From NCBI GenBank assembly GCA_963664525.1, contig OY761535.1, positions 2,456,082 through 2,520,081 on the forward strand: 64,000 bases of DNA, in the 5' to 3' direction. This document shows positions 29,298-39,743 of this stretch, one piece after another; positions within the stretch are counted from its first letter, which is position 1; each line of letters opens with the position of its first letter. Below the pieces are notes generated by a model, which ran no database searches, was not told the DNA's origin, and saw only the letters and a program-made list of their open reading frames with translations. A program made the translations under genes and the position numbers. This DNA comes from Arenicellales bacterium. Its GTDB lineage: Bacteria > Pseudomonadota > Gammaproteobacteria > Arenicellales > JAJDZL01.

Positions 29298-31493
29298 TCA
29301 GTTCAACTTCACGCGATCGACGCTGTTAACCAGATTGTGTCTCAATATGTTTTGTGTGATTGCTTCTAAGTGTTCAGCATCGCGAACCTCAATGTCGTAC
29401 TCGAGTACCGCATCGCTTTTGGAGGTATGTGTCATACAACGGGTGATATCGGCATCATGGCGCGATATTCTGCTACTCACATTGGCTAGCAGGCCGGTTT
29501 CGTTTTGGCAATTGACCAACAGCGTCACGCGGTACTGACCTTTAGGTTGTTTTGCCCAGTTGAGTTTTTGCCAAAATTCAGGGGCCAGTTTCGACTGGCG
29601 AACATTCAAACAATCCTGAGTATGAACGACGATCCCCCGACCGCGGTTGAAAACACCGACGATCGGTTCTTTGGGTATTGGATTGCAGCACTTGGCGTAC
29701 TGAACCCCAAGTCCCTCAGTTCCCTGGATTGAAATAACTTCTGATGACTTGGAATTGGAACTTAAGAAAGTTGCAGGAAAAATTTGCCCGATGACTGCGG
29801 AAGCAAACCGTTCACCGGTACCAATTTCTCGCAAAATATCGGACCACGAATCAACGCCCAGTCGACTGGCCAGTTCTTCTTTCATCTCATCGGTGACCGC
29901 AGCCTGCTTGATCTTGTATTTTTTCAGCATTGCCTTGAAAATTCGATCACCCATTTTGACCAGTTCCTTGCTGGACATACCTTTGAGGGCACGGCGAATT
30001 GCGGTGCGCGCATCGCCCGTCACTGCAAAATTCAGCCACGCCGGGTCCGGGCGGCTGAACCGACTCTTGTTGATCTTCACTCGGTCGCCATTTTTCAGTA
30101 CCGTATGGAATGCGACTGGATGATCGTCAATTTTCGCGGACTTGGCACCGTTGCCAACGGCCGAATGAATCGAATAAGCATAATCGATTACAGTCGCCCC
30201 TTTCTTTAGGCGTTTGATTTCACCTTTTGGCGTGAACACGTAGACATAATCAGGAAACAGTTTTAACTTGAGATTTTCCAGATATTCAGCTGGCGATTCA
30301 TGTTCTTCCAGAGATTTGATGACCTCATTGAGCCACTGAACACCGGGCAGGCGCGTGTCATCAGCCGTTGCGCTGCCGGCCTTGTAAGAAAGGTGCGAGG
30401 CAATACCGGATTCAGCGATTTTGTGCATCTCTTCGGTGCGAATCTGCACCTCAATCGCCCGTCCGAAATTACCGTGAACCGTTGTGTGCAATGACTGGTA
30501 ACCGTTCATTTTTGGAATGGCAATATAGTCGTTGAACTCACTGGAAATCGGTTTGTATAGGTTGTGAACCAAACCCAAGGCTCGGTAACAATCATCAACC
30601 GTTTTGACAACGATTCGAAAGGCGAATAAATCGGGCACCATTCGAAGTGCGTTGCCTTTTTTACGCATTTTTTCATGGATCGCCGAGGTCTCCTTAAAAC
30701 GCCCGGTCACTTCCCCTTCAATATTTTTCTCATCGAGCAGTTTTCGAATGGTTGCGGTGTGTTTTTTGACAGTCTGCTCGACCGTTTGCTTCAGATCTGC
30801 CCTGACCGCCTTATGAATCACCTTGTAGCGTTGCGGGTGAAGGGCCTTAAAGCACAACTCTTCCATCTTGCGCCGCCAGTTTCCCATACCAAGCAAGTGT
30901 GCAATAGGGATGTAGATATCGCGCGTCTCATTGACAATACGCTGACGTTTTTTAACGTGATGTACGTGCAAAGAGTCCAGGTTGTGCAGCCGGTCGGCCA
31001 TTTTGATCAGGATCACTCTCAGATCGCTTGCGCTCGCGAGAAACATTCGACGCAAGTTTTCAGCTTCCGCATGCTGAGGGGAATCAAATTTCAGTTTGTC
31101 AATTTTGCTGACCGCATCGACCAATTCCGCGACTTCGCCGCCGAATTCATCAATCATTTCGACCTTTGTCAGATGTGTATCTTCGAGGGTGTCATGCAAG
31201 ATTGCAGCAATGATAGTACTGCTGTCCAGTTTCAGTTCTGCGAGCAGTGCGGCAACCGCCAGGGGATGATTGATGTATTTTTCGCCTTCCAGTCGACACT
31301 GTCCGTCGTGCGCCGCTGCACCAATGGCGTAAGCCTTCTCGACTTCTTCAATTTGGGATTCGCTAAGATACGCACTCAGCGTCTTTACAAGCGATATGAA
31401 CTGAGCGTCTTCACGCTCAGGAATGCCAATACGACGTCGAAATCCTGCTAAGCTATTTCTGGACGCTTTGCTGAGGGGGTTCGCTATCGGCAT
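29298..31493 (-). CDS. spoT: Bifunctional (p)ppGpp synthetase/hydrolase
   Basis: HD hydrolase (HPLAVA, LHDTLED), KMADRLHN, synthetase GYQSLHT/EVQIRT, TGS (VFTPKG), CC and ACT domains; follows rpoZ. Start uncertain (ATG 31493 or ORF-track 31517). Confidence 0.95.
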   Translation of the reverse strand: MPIANPLSKASRNSLAGFRRRIGIPEREDAQFISLVKTLSAYLSESQIEEVEKAYAIGAAAHDGQCRLEGEKYINHPLAVAALLAELKLDSSTIIAAILHDTLEDTHLTKVEMIDEFGGEVAELVDAVSKIDKLKFDSPQHAEAENLRRMFLASASDLRVILIKMADRLHNLDSLHVHHVKKRQRIVNETRDIYIPIAHLLGMGNWRRKMEELCFKALHPQRYKVIHKAVRADLKQTVEQTVKKHTATIRKLLDEKNIEGEVTGRFKETSAIHEKMRKKGNALRMVPDLFAFRIVVKTVDDCYRALGLVHNLYKPISSEFNDYIAIPKMNGYQSLHTTVHGNFGRAIEVQIRTEEMHKIAESGIASHLSYKAGSATADDTRLPGVQWLNEVIKSLEEHESPAEYLENLKLKLFPDYVYVFTPKGEIKRLKKGATVIDYAYSIHSAVGNGAKSAKIDDHPVAFHTVLKNGDRVKINKSRFSRPDPAWLNFAVTGDARTAIRRALKGMSSKELVKMGDRIFKAMLKKYKIKQAAVTDEMKEELASRLGVDSWSDILREIGTGERFASAVIGQIFPATFLSSNSKSSEVISIQGTEGLGVQYAKCCNPIPKEPIVGVFNRGRGIVVHTQDCLNVRQSKLAPEFWQKLNWAKQPKGQYRVTLLVNCQNETGLLANVSSRISRHDADITRCMTHTSKSDAVLEYDIEVRDAEHLEAITQNILRHNLVNSVDRVKLN

Positions 31494-31917
31494 CCGACTC
31501 GCTTGGCGCTTCAGCACTCATTTGTGGTTCATCCTCGGCATCCGACTGCGCGAGCTGTTCTGCTTGCGCACCTGGCTCACCATCCGCAGCCTGTGCCTGC
31601 CCAATTTCCGGTGCGTCTTCTTGAATGTCTCCATCTTCAAGATCTTCTGACTGCTCCAAATCGACATCATCCGGGTACGGGTTCACACCAGCAAATGGGT
31701 CGCTCACAATGGGCGTATCGTCCTCGTCAAGTATTTCTGCGGTAACCAATCCTTCAGCAATTTCGCGTAACGCGATGACGGTATTTTTGTCATTGTCACG
31801 GGCCACCAGCGGTTCTGCTCCACTGGCAAGCTGTCGAGCCCGCTTGGTTGCAATGAGCACCAGTTGAAAACGATTTTCGACTTTTTCAAGACAATCTTCT
31901 ACTGTTATTCTCGCCAT
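31453..31917 (-). CDS. rpoZ: RNA polymerase omega subunit with a long acidic C-terminal tail
   Basis: [30 protein letters not shown]...[19 protein letters not shown] precedes ATG 31917. Confidence 0.96.
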   Translation of the reverse strand: MARITVEDCLEKVENRFQLVLIATKRARQLASGAEPLVARDNDKNTVIALREIAEGLVTAEILDEDDTPIVSDPFAGVNPYPDDVDLEQSEDLEDGDIQEDAPEIGQAQAADGEPGAQAEQLAQSDAEDEPQMSAEAPSESDADSEPPQQSVQK

Positions 31918-32064
31918 ATTTACCTCAGAGAAAGAAACAGTTTGCGCAAATTCGATGAGAGCGAGGCGCAAATTTGAGTGAAAAACAAATTATATCTTTA
32001 CTCAACTGTGAGAAAATAAATTTTTACTTCATTCGTCGCAGGAACCATCCAGAGGAATCTGCCC

Positions 32065-32742
32065 TTGAACAGCGCTGTCGAGATTAACATCAAAGTATGG
32101 GACTTGGTCATTCGGGTGTTTCACTGGCTGCTGGCCATCAATATCCTGGTCATGCTCGTCAGTGCGAAACTGGAAAATTTCGACGTTCACATTACCGCAG
32201 GAAAAATTGTTGTCATTTTGATGCTCATCCGGATTGTGTGGGGATTCATTGGAAGTTCAAACGCTCGATTTTCGGCGCTCGTTTTCAAACCGAAAGCCTA
32301 TTTTGACTATATTCGGACACTGCTCGAGCGAAAACCCGGCTACAGTGTCGCTCACAGCCCGATTGGTTCACTCGCTGTCATCGCACTTTTGCTTGCCGTC
32401 GCTGTTCAGGCGACCACTGGACTATTCGCAGCCGACGTAGACGGGCTTATCGAAGGCCCGTTCGCGTATTACGTCTCCTACGAATTGAGTCGATACGCCA
32501 GCGAAATTCACGTGACTCACATCGACTGGCTCATCACGGTGATCGTGGTCCACATTGGCGCCAACCTGTTCTATTATTTTTACAAGCGCGACAATCTGAT
32601 TAAACCGATGATTACCGGCCAACGACTGATTCCAAAAGAAAATCTGAATCACCCGCCGCGACTTGCCTCACCTTGGAAAGGCTTTTTGGTGGCAATTGCG
32701 GTCGCGGCGATTATGGTTGGGATATATGTACAGTATGGTTGA
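32065..32742 (+). CDS. Cytochrome b (Ni/Fe-hydrogenase b-type / b561-like)
   Basis: VWDLVIRVFHW, RIVWGFIGS..ARF, HSPIG, TGLF, VHIGA, NLIKPMITG; four heme-ligating His candidates. Confidence 0.88.
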   Translation: MNSAVEINIKVWDLVIRVFHWLLAINILVMLVSAKLENFDVHITAGKIVVILMLIRIVWGFIGSSNARFSALVFKPKAYFDYIRTLLERKPGYSVAHSPIGSLAVIALLLAVAVQATTGLFAADVDGLIEGPFAYYVSYELSRYASEIHVTHIDWLITVIVVHIGANLFYYFYKRDNLIKPMITGQRLIPKENLNHPPRLASPWKGFLVAIAVAAIMVGIYVQYG

Positions 32743-32748
32743 TTTAAA

Positions 32749-33246
32749 TCAGTTTTTCTTCTCGCGAAACTGACTGTGGCAACCGCGACATCCATCGAAG
32801 CCCAGAGCTTTGACTGCGGCACCAGTCGCTTTATTGTCACCGCCATCAAAAGCCGCTTCCACAGCCATGGCGGGTTCAACCAGCGCTTCAGATGCGGCAA
32901 CAAAATCAGACCAGTTTTCCCAAATTTCAGGCTTGGCTTCACTTTCTTCATTTTGCGCCATGCCAGTATCCTGCGGAAACAGGCTGGGAATCTCAGATGC
33001 CGTCGCTGCAATTTCAGCGGCCATGGAAGCCAACTCCAATGGTTCGCCTTCGCCTCGTTTCAAAAAATTGCCGAACGCTTTCATGCTAGCGCCAAGACCT
33101 TTCATAAAATCTGAGCGACTGGCATAAACCGCTTCAGCCTCTTGTTCAGAAGCGACTTTCGCCGGCATCGTATCAGCATGCAAAACGGGAATTGAAAATG
33201 CCACTGACGCCAAGAAACCAAATGCAAGAAACTTAATGGTGCGCAT
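32749..33246 (-). CDS. Cytochrome c' (class II cytochrome c)
   Basis: Signal peptide, SEAKPEIWENWSDF, C-terminal CRGCH heme motif. Confidence 0.92.
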   Translation of the reverse strand: MRTIKFLAFGFLASVAFSIPVLHADTMPAKVASEQEAEAVYASRSDFMKGLGASMKAFGNFLKRGEGEPLELASMAAEIAATASEIPSLFPQDTGMAQNEESEAKPEIWENWSDFVAASEALVEPAMAVEAAFDGGDNKATGAAVKALGFDGCRGCHSQFREKKN

Positions 33247-33435
33247 GATTAGATCACCTTTTGTAGTAGTCTATAGGGTGATATACATTCTACACGGAAT
33301 CTTTGACCCATATACAGTTCGAGCCCAACGAACCTTTTGCTTTATTAGAATTGAATTTCTTGATCAAAGGGCCGCATACCTTTGCTTGTCCAGCCTGGAT
33401 TCGTCAACGCCTGCCTAAAACCTGTGAAAAAATGT

Positions 33436-34611
33436 ATGAGCAATCGATTCGATAGATTTCAAAGTGAGCTTGACTCGCTGCTCGAAAACCACCGCCAAAG
33501 ACAACTCATGCCAAGTCGGGGAATGGATTTCAGCTCGAATGATTTTTTAGCGCTGAGTGATTCACCAGTCATTCGCAAAACTTTGATTGATGCGCTCAAT
33601 GAAGGTATCCCGCTTGGTTCTGGTGGATCGCGTCTTTTGCGCGGTAATCACCCGGCCCATACAGAACTTGAGCGCAAGGCAGCCCAAGTGTTTCATTGCG
33701 AAAAAACACTATTTTTTGCCAATGGGTACTCGGCAAATTTTGCGGTGCTGACTACGCTGGTCAATCGCCACGATCTGATCGTTTTCGATGCGCTGTCACA
33801 CGCAAGCATTCGAGAGGGAATTTCGGCTTCCTGGGCCAAATCGAGCAAGTTTCCGCACAATGACGTGGATGCAGCTGAAAGAGTTCTGGAAAAATGGCAC
33901 AGAAATCGGCAAAAGCATTCCAAGGCCTGGATTGTGGTGGAGAGTCTTTACAGTATGGATGGCGACTTTGCGCCGCTATCTGATTTTCTGGACCTCGCAC
34001 AGCGTTTTGATGCACTGGTGCTGGTTGATGAGGCACATGCAACCGGGGTTTGGGGCAAACGCGGACACGGATTAACAGAACCCTTTGAGGGCCATCCACT
34101 TCTGATTGCTGTGCACACCTGCGGTAAGGCTCTGGGTGTCGCAGGCGCCCTGGTCTGTGCACCGGCGATACTGATTGATTATCTGGTCAACCGGTCTCGA
34201 CCTTTCATATACTCGACTGCGCCACCACCGATTAACGCGATTGCAGTCAGTGCAGCACTGGATCTTTTGGAAAGCGAACCTTTCAGACGCGAGCAGCTTC
34301 GCGAGTTGATTGACTTTGCCAATCATGCGCTAGAACAAAAAATTGGAATACAGGGCAGCGGCAGTCAGATTATTCCATTTGTTGTCGGTGAAGACAAAAT
34401 GGCGCTTGAAGCCGCGCGCGCGATGCTTCAAGCCGGATTTGACGTTCGTGCGATCAGACCACCTACGGTCGCGAATGGCACAGCACGACTTAGAATTTCG
34501 ATTACGCTGAATGTGGATCAACGCGCGGTTTCAGAATTCTTTGATGCCCTCGTCGACGTGGTACATGAGGGATTTGCGCTGTCAAAAAATCTAGACGAGG
34601 CAATGGTTTAG
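33436..34611 (+). CDS. bioF: 8-amino-7-oxononanoate synthase; the last 14 residues come from an IS end
   Basis: DFSSNDFL, GSGGSRLLRGN, HASI, ESLYSMDGD, DEAHATG, TCGKALG, AIRPPTV. An IS is inserted after ...VDVVH. Confidence 0.95.
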   Translation: MSNRFDRFQSELDSLLENHRQRQLMPSRGMDFSSNDFLALSDSPVIRKTLIDALNEGIPLGSGGSRLLRGNHPAHTELERKAAQVFHCEKTLFFANGYSANFAVLTTLVNRHDLIVFDALSHASIREGISASWAKSSKFPHNDVDAAERVLEKWHRNRQKHSKAWIVVESLYSMDGDFAPLSDFLDLAQRFDALVLVDEAHATGVWGKRGHGLTEPFEGHPLLIAVHTCGKALGVAGALVCAPAILIDYLVNRSRPFIYSTAPPPINAIAVSAALDLLESEPFRREQLRELIDFANHALEQKIGIQGSGSQIIPFVVGEDKMALEAARAMLQAGFDVRAIRPPTVANGTARLRISITLNVDQRAVSEFFDALVDVVHEGFALSKNLDEAMV

Positions 34612-34787
34612 AGAAGGGTCGAAAAAACTTTCCCCCAACAAACGGCTGATTAGAGGGCTTTGAGTCGATTCAGCATTGATTTTGGCGAATTTCACCCCAA
34701 CGTCAATTACCCGCCTGCTGGTGCAACGAGGTTTCCCCAAAACCTCTACTATACAGTAATAATGTCTTTATTAACATATACATAGAG

Positions 34788-34816
34788 TTGACATTGGCGC
34801 CACCATGGTGTATCAT
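34788..34816 (+). promoter_or_regulatory. Sigma70-type promoter of the IS transposase
   Basis: TTGACA (34788) - 17 nt - TATCAT (34811), just upstream of the transposase start. Confidence 0.65.
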
Positions 34817-34840
34817 TCATGAGCATAAACAACCACATCC

Positions 34841-36349
34841 ATGACCCAATGGAAATCAAACACCATGGCGACAAAAATAGAAACCAGCCTTTTTTCCTGG
34901 AATAATCCGCAACAACTGCCAAGACTGCAAACACTGGCCCGTGTGCTGGAGATTTTACCGTATCAAGCGTTGGTTGAGGCCCTGTGTGAAAAACGCGGCC
35001 GCGGCCGAAACGATTTCCCGGTCGAAGCGATGTTTCGTCTGGTGATTGCCGGTGTGGTGCTGCAATATCCTTCTGCGGCAGCCTTGCTGCGCAACCTGGA
35101 AACCAACCTGAGTCTGGCCCAGATCTGTGGCTTCAACCCGTTGCCAAGACAGCAACAGTCCAAAACGGTGGTGCATGAGTCGTCGCAAGGACCGGTGACG
35201 TTCGAGACCATTGACTACCCACAGCGCATCACGTTGCCGGATGACTGGGCCTTCAGTCGTTTCCTGACCAGTATGCTGGAGCTGTTGGCCCAGCGAGATT
35301 ATCTCAAAGAGATGTTTGAGCAACTGCGCGAACAATTGCGGGTGGTGGTGCCCGATTTTGGATGCTACCTGGCCTACGACGGAAAAGCAATCCAGAGTCA
35401 TTCCACCGGTCGGGTGAAGCACAAAAGCGGTTACAGTTCAGACCCGGATGCCACCTGGGGCAAACATGAGAGCAAAGGGGTTGACAAAAAGGGTCGTGCC
35501 TGGAGCAAAGTCAAAGAATGGTTTGGATTTCGCTTGCACGCCATTGTGGATTCAGTGAACGAGTTGCCGGTGGATTATCGTGTGACGACGGCGAGCGATG
35601 GTGAGGCGGTGGTGCTGTCACAGATGCTCAAAGAGATGGACGAAACCCATCCGCAGATTCTCGAACGCACAGAGCAGTTAAGTGCCGATCGCGGGTTGGA
35701 TGTCAAGGAGTTGTACCGGGCGCTGTTCGACGATTACCAGATCGAGCCGGTAATTGATAACCGTGATCTTTGGCGTCAGGAAAAAGACGAGGGCAACTAT
35801 GATCCACAAAAGCCGATCTTGAGAATGCTCAACGGTGGCAAGCGCATTGATAACATTGTCTATGCGGAAGATGGGACGCTCATGTGCCGGTGTCCGCACA
35901 CTGACACGGAGCGCGAGATGTATTTTATGGGCTATGAGAAAGATCGGGGGACCTTAAAGTATCGCTGTCCTGCCAAAGCCGGTGGTTATCAGTGTGCTGG
36001 TACGCAACAGTGTCTGCGATACGGCCGCTCGAAGGCGCACCGGTATGGTCGCACGGTGCGAATCAAACTGGATCAGGCCAATCGCAGGATATTTACGCCG
36101 ACACCGCGCAACACGTACAAATGGAAGCGCAGTTATGCGCGGCGCACGGCGGCTGAGCGGTTTTTCTCTCGCATCGCTCAGGGCTACAATTTTGATCACC
36201 ACTATGTACGTGGACTGGTCAAGATGCAGGCCAAAGCGTCGCTGGCCATGGTGGTTGGACTGGCGATGGCGATTTTGCACATTCAAGCCGGTCAGGCGAA
36301 CAACATGCGCTCACTGATCCGACCGATTGCGTTGCTTGATACTGGCTAA
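34841..36349 (+). CDS. DDE transposase (DUF772-like N-terminus)
   Basis: GRGRNDFP, AYDGKAI, DPDATWG, WFGFRLH, ADRGLD, YARRTAAERFFSR. Confidence 0.9.
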   Translation: MTQWKSNTMATKIETSLFSWNNPQQLPRLQTLARVLEILPYQALVEALCEKRGRGRNDFPVEAMFRLVIAGVVLQYPSAAALLRNLETNLSLAQICGFNPLPRQQQSKTVVHESSQGPVTFETIDYPQRITLPDDWAFSRFLTSMLELLAQRDYLKEMFEQLREQLRVVVPDFGCYLAYDGKAIQSHSTGRVKHKSGYSSDPDATWGKHESKGVDKKGRAWSKVKEWFGFRLHAIVDSVNELPVDYRVTTASDGEAVVLSQMLKEMDETHPQILERTEQLSADRGLDVKELYRALFDDYQIEPVIDNRDLWRQEKDEGNYDPQKPILRMLNGGKRIDNIVYAEDGTLMCRCPHTDTEREMYFMGYEKDRGTLKYRCPAKAGGYQCAGTQQCLRYGRSKAHRYGRTVRIKLDQANRRIFTPTPRNTYKWKRSYARRTAAERFFSRIAQGYNFDHHYVRGLVKMQAKASLAMVVGLAMAILHIQAGQANNMRSLIRPIALLDTG

Positions 36350-36618
36350 GGGTCGCGTTGTATTGTGAATTGACTTATCGTAGCGTGGCTGCGAGGGCTG
36401 GGCGCGTCTTGATACCAGTAAAATTGACACAAATATGAACAAACCGCATTTCAGACAAAATATTCGACGCGATTGGCTTGGTCGACGGTCTGTGGAAGAT
36501 GATTATTGCCCCGTCAGTGCCCTGGCGGGCCAACGAGTCGGCGTGGCCGGACGCGAAAATGGCTACAACGCAAATCCCTCTACATTCACTTCATATCAAT
36601 CTGTCATAATCTGGCACT

Positions 36619-37287
36619 ATGGAATCATCGAATGGTCCAACAAGCCGCGGCTATTTAATCACTGGCACTGACACGGGAATTGGCAAGACCGTCGTGTCCG
36701 CAATGTTGGTGCGTGCTTTGAACGCATCTTACTATAAGCCGGTGCAGGCCGGCTTGGACGAAGCGACGGATACGCAGATCGTACAAAAGCTTTCTGGAGT
36801 GTCACCGGAATGGTTGTTTCCGGAAAGTTATCGGCTGATGGAGCCAGCCTCACCTCATCTTTCAGCTGCCATGGAAGGCATTGAAATAGAACTTGCGCGA
36901 CTTCAATTGCCACAGTCCACCCGTCCGTTGATCGTTGAAGGTGCTGGCGGTGTATTGGTACCGTTGACCCGATCGACTCTGTTTGTCGAAATGTTCGCCC
37001 GGTGGCAATTGCCTGCGATTGTCTGTGCGCGCACCTCACTTGGCACAATCAACCATACCTTACTGACCCTGGCGGCACTACGAGATTGGAAAGTGCCCAT
37101 TCATGGGGTGATTTTTGTCGGTGAGGCTCACCCGGAAAATGAGTCGATTATTCCGCAATTTGGGCACGTCAAACACCTTGGACGCTTACCCTTGCTTGAC
37201 CCTCTTAACCAAATGACTATTGCAAGAATTTTTCAGGAAAATTTCAAATTAGCAGATTTTGTGACCGGTCAACCGGAAACAAATTAG
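36619..37287 (+). CDS. bioD: Dethiobiotin synthetase
   Basis: ITGTDTGIGKT, YKPVQAG, ASPH, VEGAGG, LGTINHTLL. Confidence 0.96.
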   Translation: MESSNGPTSRGYLITGTDTGIGKTVVSAMLVRALNASYYKPVQAGLDEATDTQIVQKLSGVSPEWLFPESYRLMEPASPHLSAAMEGIEIELARLQLPQSTRPLIVEGAGGVLVPLTRSTLFVEMFARWQLPAIVCARTSLGTINHTLLTLAALRDWKVPIHGVIFVGEAHPENESIIPQFGHVKHLGRLPLLDPLNQMTIARIFQENFKLADFVTGQPETN

Positions 37288-37794
37288 TTGAGGCTTACTT
37301 TTGGGAATAAAGTGTTGACTTTAATCAAATGCGTTGGCGAAATGATGAGTGGTCAATGATCGAATTCTTGAATGAAATTTGATTCTCCTGTTATATCTTT
37401 GGGTCTTCCCCAATACTAGAGAACGTTCCGTTCGATAAATTTTCAAGCCGAGTCAATTCTCCAACACCCTTTGGCATTGTCCAAATGGATGCAGCAATGT
37501 TGTATTTCACGGTCAATCTATCTCAGTCTACAAAGTGTTCTTTTCAATTCGATTGACTCACACTGAGAGTCGAGTGTCATTTGCCAGCCATCCATTGTTG
37601 TGCCATTGAATGGTGAAAAATTGAGCTATAGCACCCTTTTGACACCCACTGCGAATCGACAGTTTCGAATATCATTGACTTTCAGCACGTTTCTTCATGT
37701 TTATCGCCACTTCGGAAATTTGACCGTTGTGGTTTGATTTCGCCGTGCAGATTCTCGTCCAAACTGAACGACGCCAGGATAAGCAATCAGAATA

Positions 37795-39063
37795 ATGAAA
37801 TCGAATTCACCTATTTGGCATCCATTTACCCAGCACGCGATTTTTCCTGACTTTTTAGAAATTGACCGGGCCAAGGGGGTTTATCTGTATTGCACTGATG
37901 GTCAACGGATCATTGACGCGATTTCATCCTGGTGGGTGATCACACACGGGCACTGCCACCCGCGTATTCAACAAGCAGCCAAGGACCAGATCGAACGTCT
38001 GGACCAGGTTATTTTTGCAGGCTATACTCATGATCCGGCAGAAAGAGCAGCAAGTGCACTGGTCAAGCTCACGCCTGATGGGCTCGATTATGTTTTCTTC
38101 TCCGACAGTGGCTCAACTGCAGTCGAAGTTGGGCTCAAAATGGCGCTTGGCTTCTGGCATCATCTCGGTATTGCACGCAATCGCTTCATCGTTCTGGAGC
38201 ACAGTTATCACGGCGATACCATCGGTACCATGTCGGTCGGTGAACCCGGGGTATTCAACAATCCCTACAAGTCCCTGCTATTTTCGGTCGATTCAATTCC
38301 GTTTCCATCTCAAGGCAAAGAACAGGTAACCCTTGATGCGCTTGAACTCCAATGCAAAGATCGTTCCGATGTCGCCGCACTGATCGTTGAGCCGCTGGTA
38401 TTGGGCGCAGGTGGCATGTTGATGTACTCACCCCAGACGCTCAGGGAAATGAAACGCATCTGCGAAAAGTATGACGTGCTGTTTATTGCAGACGAGGTGA
38501 TGACTGCCTGGGGTCGTACCGGCACTGTATTTGCATGCGATCAAGCAGAGATCGTACCTGATATTGCTTGTTATTCAAAAGGCATCACTGGCGGATTCTT
38601 GCCATTGGCGGCTACGATGTGTCACTCTCGAATATTCGATGCACATTATTCAACGGACCGAAGCAAAACATTCTTTCATTCAAGTTCCTACACGGCAAAT
38701 CCGATCGCTTGCGCGGTCGCTGCCGAAAATTTGGAAATGTGGCAAGAAAGGGAGGTTTTTGAGCAGGTTCAGGCCACTGTGGACATGCAATCACAAAGGT
38801 TGGCGAGGATGGCCAGTGTTGATACGTTTATCAATTTGCGACAAACTGGCACGATTGCGGCGATGGACATCCGTGTTTCTGACAGTGGGTATTTGTCTGA
38901 AATCGGAACTCAACTTTACCTTAAGTTTCAAAAAAGCGGGATCTTGCTTCGACCACTGGGCAACACCATCTACGTACTACCACCCTACTGTATGTCAGAG
39001 GATGATTTTGATACGGTATATGGCGTTATCGCTGATACAGTCAGCGAATTTACGAAATTTTGA
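37795..39063 (+). CDS. bioA: Adenosylmethionine-8-amino-7-oxononanoate aminotransferase
   Basis: WHPFTQH, DAISSWW, SDSGSTAVE, YHGDT, DEVMT, SKGITGG, HSSSYTANP, LRPLGNTIY. Confidence 0.96.
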   Translation: MKSNSPIWHPFTQHAIFPDFLEIDRAKGVYLYCTDGQRIIDAISSWWVITHGHCHPRIQQAAKDQIERLDQVIFAGYTHDPAERAASALVKLTPDGLDYVFFSDSGSTAVEVGLKMALGFWHHLGIARNRFIVLEHSYHGDTIGTMSVGEPGVFNNPYKSLLFSVDSIPFPSQGKEQVTLDALELQCKDRSDVAALIVEPLVLGAGGMLMYSPQTLREMKRICEKYDVLFIADEVMTAWGRTGTVFACDQAEIVPDIACYSKGITGGFLPLAATMCHSRIFDAHYSTDRSKTFFHSSSYTANPIACAVAAENLEMWQEREVFEQVQATVDMQSQRLARMASVDTFINLRQTGTIAAMDIRVSDSGYLSEIGTQLYLKFQKSGILLRPLGNTIYVLPPYCMSEDDFDTVYGVIADTVSEFTKF

Positions 39064-39153
39064 TTGGATTTTTCCAGAAACCTGCGCCAGCTGAACCAAT
39101 GTGGGACACACAGAAGCAACACGACAAATGACAAAAATCTTTAAGGTATCAGT

Positions 39154-39696
39154 TTGACTGCCCGTTTCAAAAAAATTGCCATTGTTTGTGCTGGTCTCAT
39201 CTTGGCATTCAGCGCTGCTTTACTGATTCCAATTGCTGGTACAGACACTTCAGTCGAGGAAAATTGGAAGCAAACACTCAATTGGGTGAGGGATGATTTT
39301 CCACGAGTTCGTCATATCTCAACCGATGAACTAGCCGAGTTGCTCCAGGAGCAAACTGATATTGCACTATTGGATACAAGAGAGCCCGAAGAATATGAAA
39401 TAAGTCATCTCAAGGGAGCTGTTTTGGCACAGGATGTCGGCGATGCGCTGGATGCGCTGGAAGACCGTACGCGAGATGAACTTGTCGTTGTATATTGTTC
39501 TGTTGGCTACCGATCGTCAAATCTTGCGGCGAAACTTGCCCGACAAGGCTACTCCAACGTCGTCAATGTTGAAGGTTCGATTTTTAAATGGGCGAATGAA
39601 AATCGTCCGATTTACCGCGGCAACAAGGAAGTTTCAAAGGTCCATCCTTATGACGACGAGTGGGGGCAACTGCTGGAGCGAAAGTTTTGGCCTTGA
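39154..39696 (+). CDS. Membrane-anchored or exported rhodanese-like domain protein
   Basis: N-terminal hydrophobic segment; LLDTREPEEYEISHLKGA, VVYCSVGYRS, NVEGSIFKWAN. Confidence 0.88.
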   Translation: MTARFKKIAIVCAGLILAFSAALLIPIAGTDTSVEENWKQTLNWVRDDFPRVRHISTDELAELLQEQTDIALLDTREPEEYEISHLKGAVLAQDVGDALDALEDRTRDELVVVYCSVGYRSSNLAAKLARQGYSNVVNVEGSIFKWANENRPIYRGNKEVSKVHPYDDEWGQLLERKFWP

Positions 39697-39743
39697 CTGT
39701 TGACTTGAGGAACTGAAGCTGGGTATTTCACCGCAGGGGATTA

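Larger units (their letters stand above)
34567..36580 (+). mobile_element. Complete insertion sequence (2014 bp; DDE transposase, IS1182/IS4-like) inserted in the 3' end of bioF
   Basis: IRL GAGGGATTTGCGCTGT (34567-34582) and IRR reverse complement GAGGGATTTGCGTTGT (36565-36580) match at 15/16. 5-bp target duplication TACAT at 34562-34566 and 36581-36585. Confidence 0.92.

Noticed and set aside
32065-32742. Hydrogenase locus implied by the Ni/Fe-hydrogenase-type cytochrome b
   Set aside because: No hydrogenase subunits nearby; pairing of this cytochrome b family with cytochrome c' is common.
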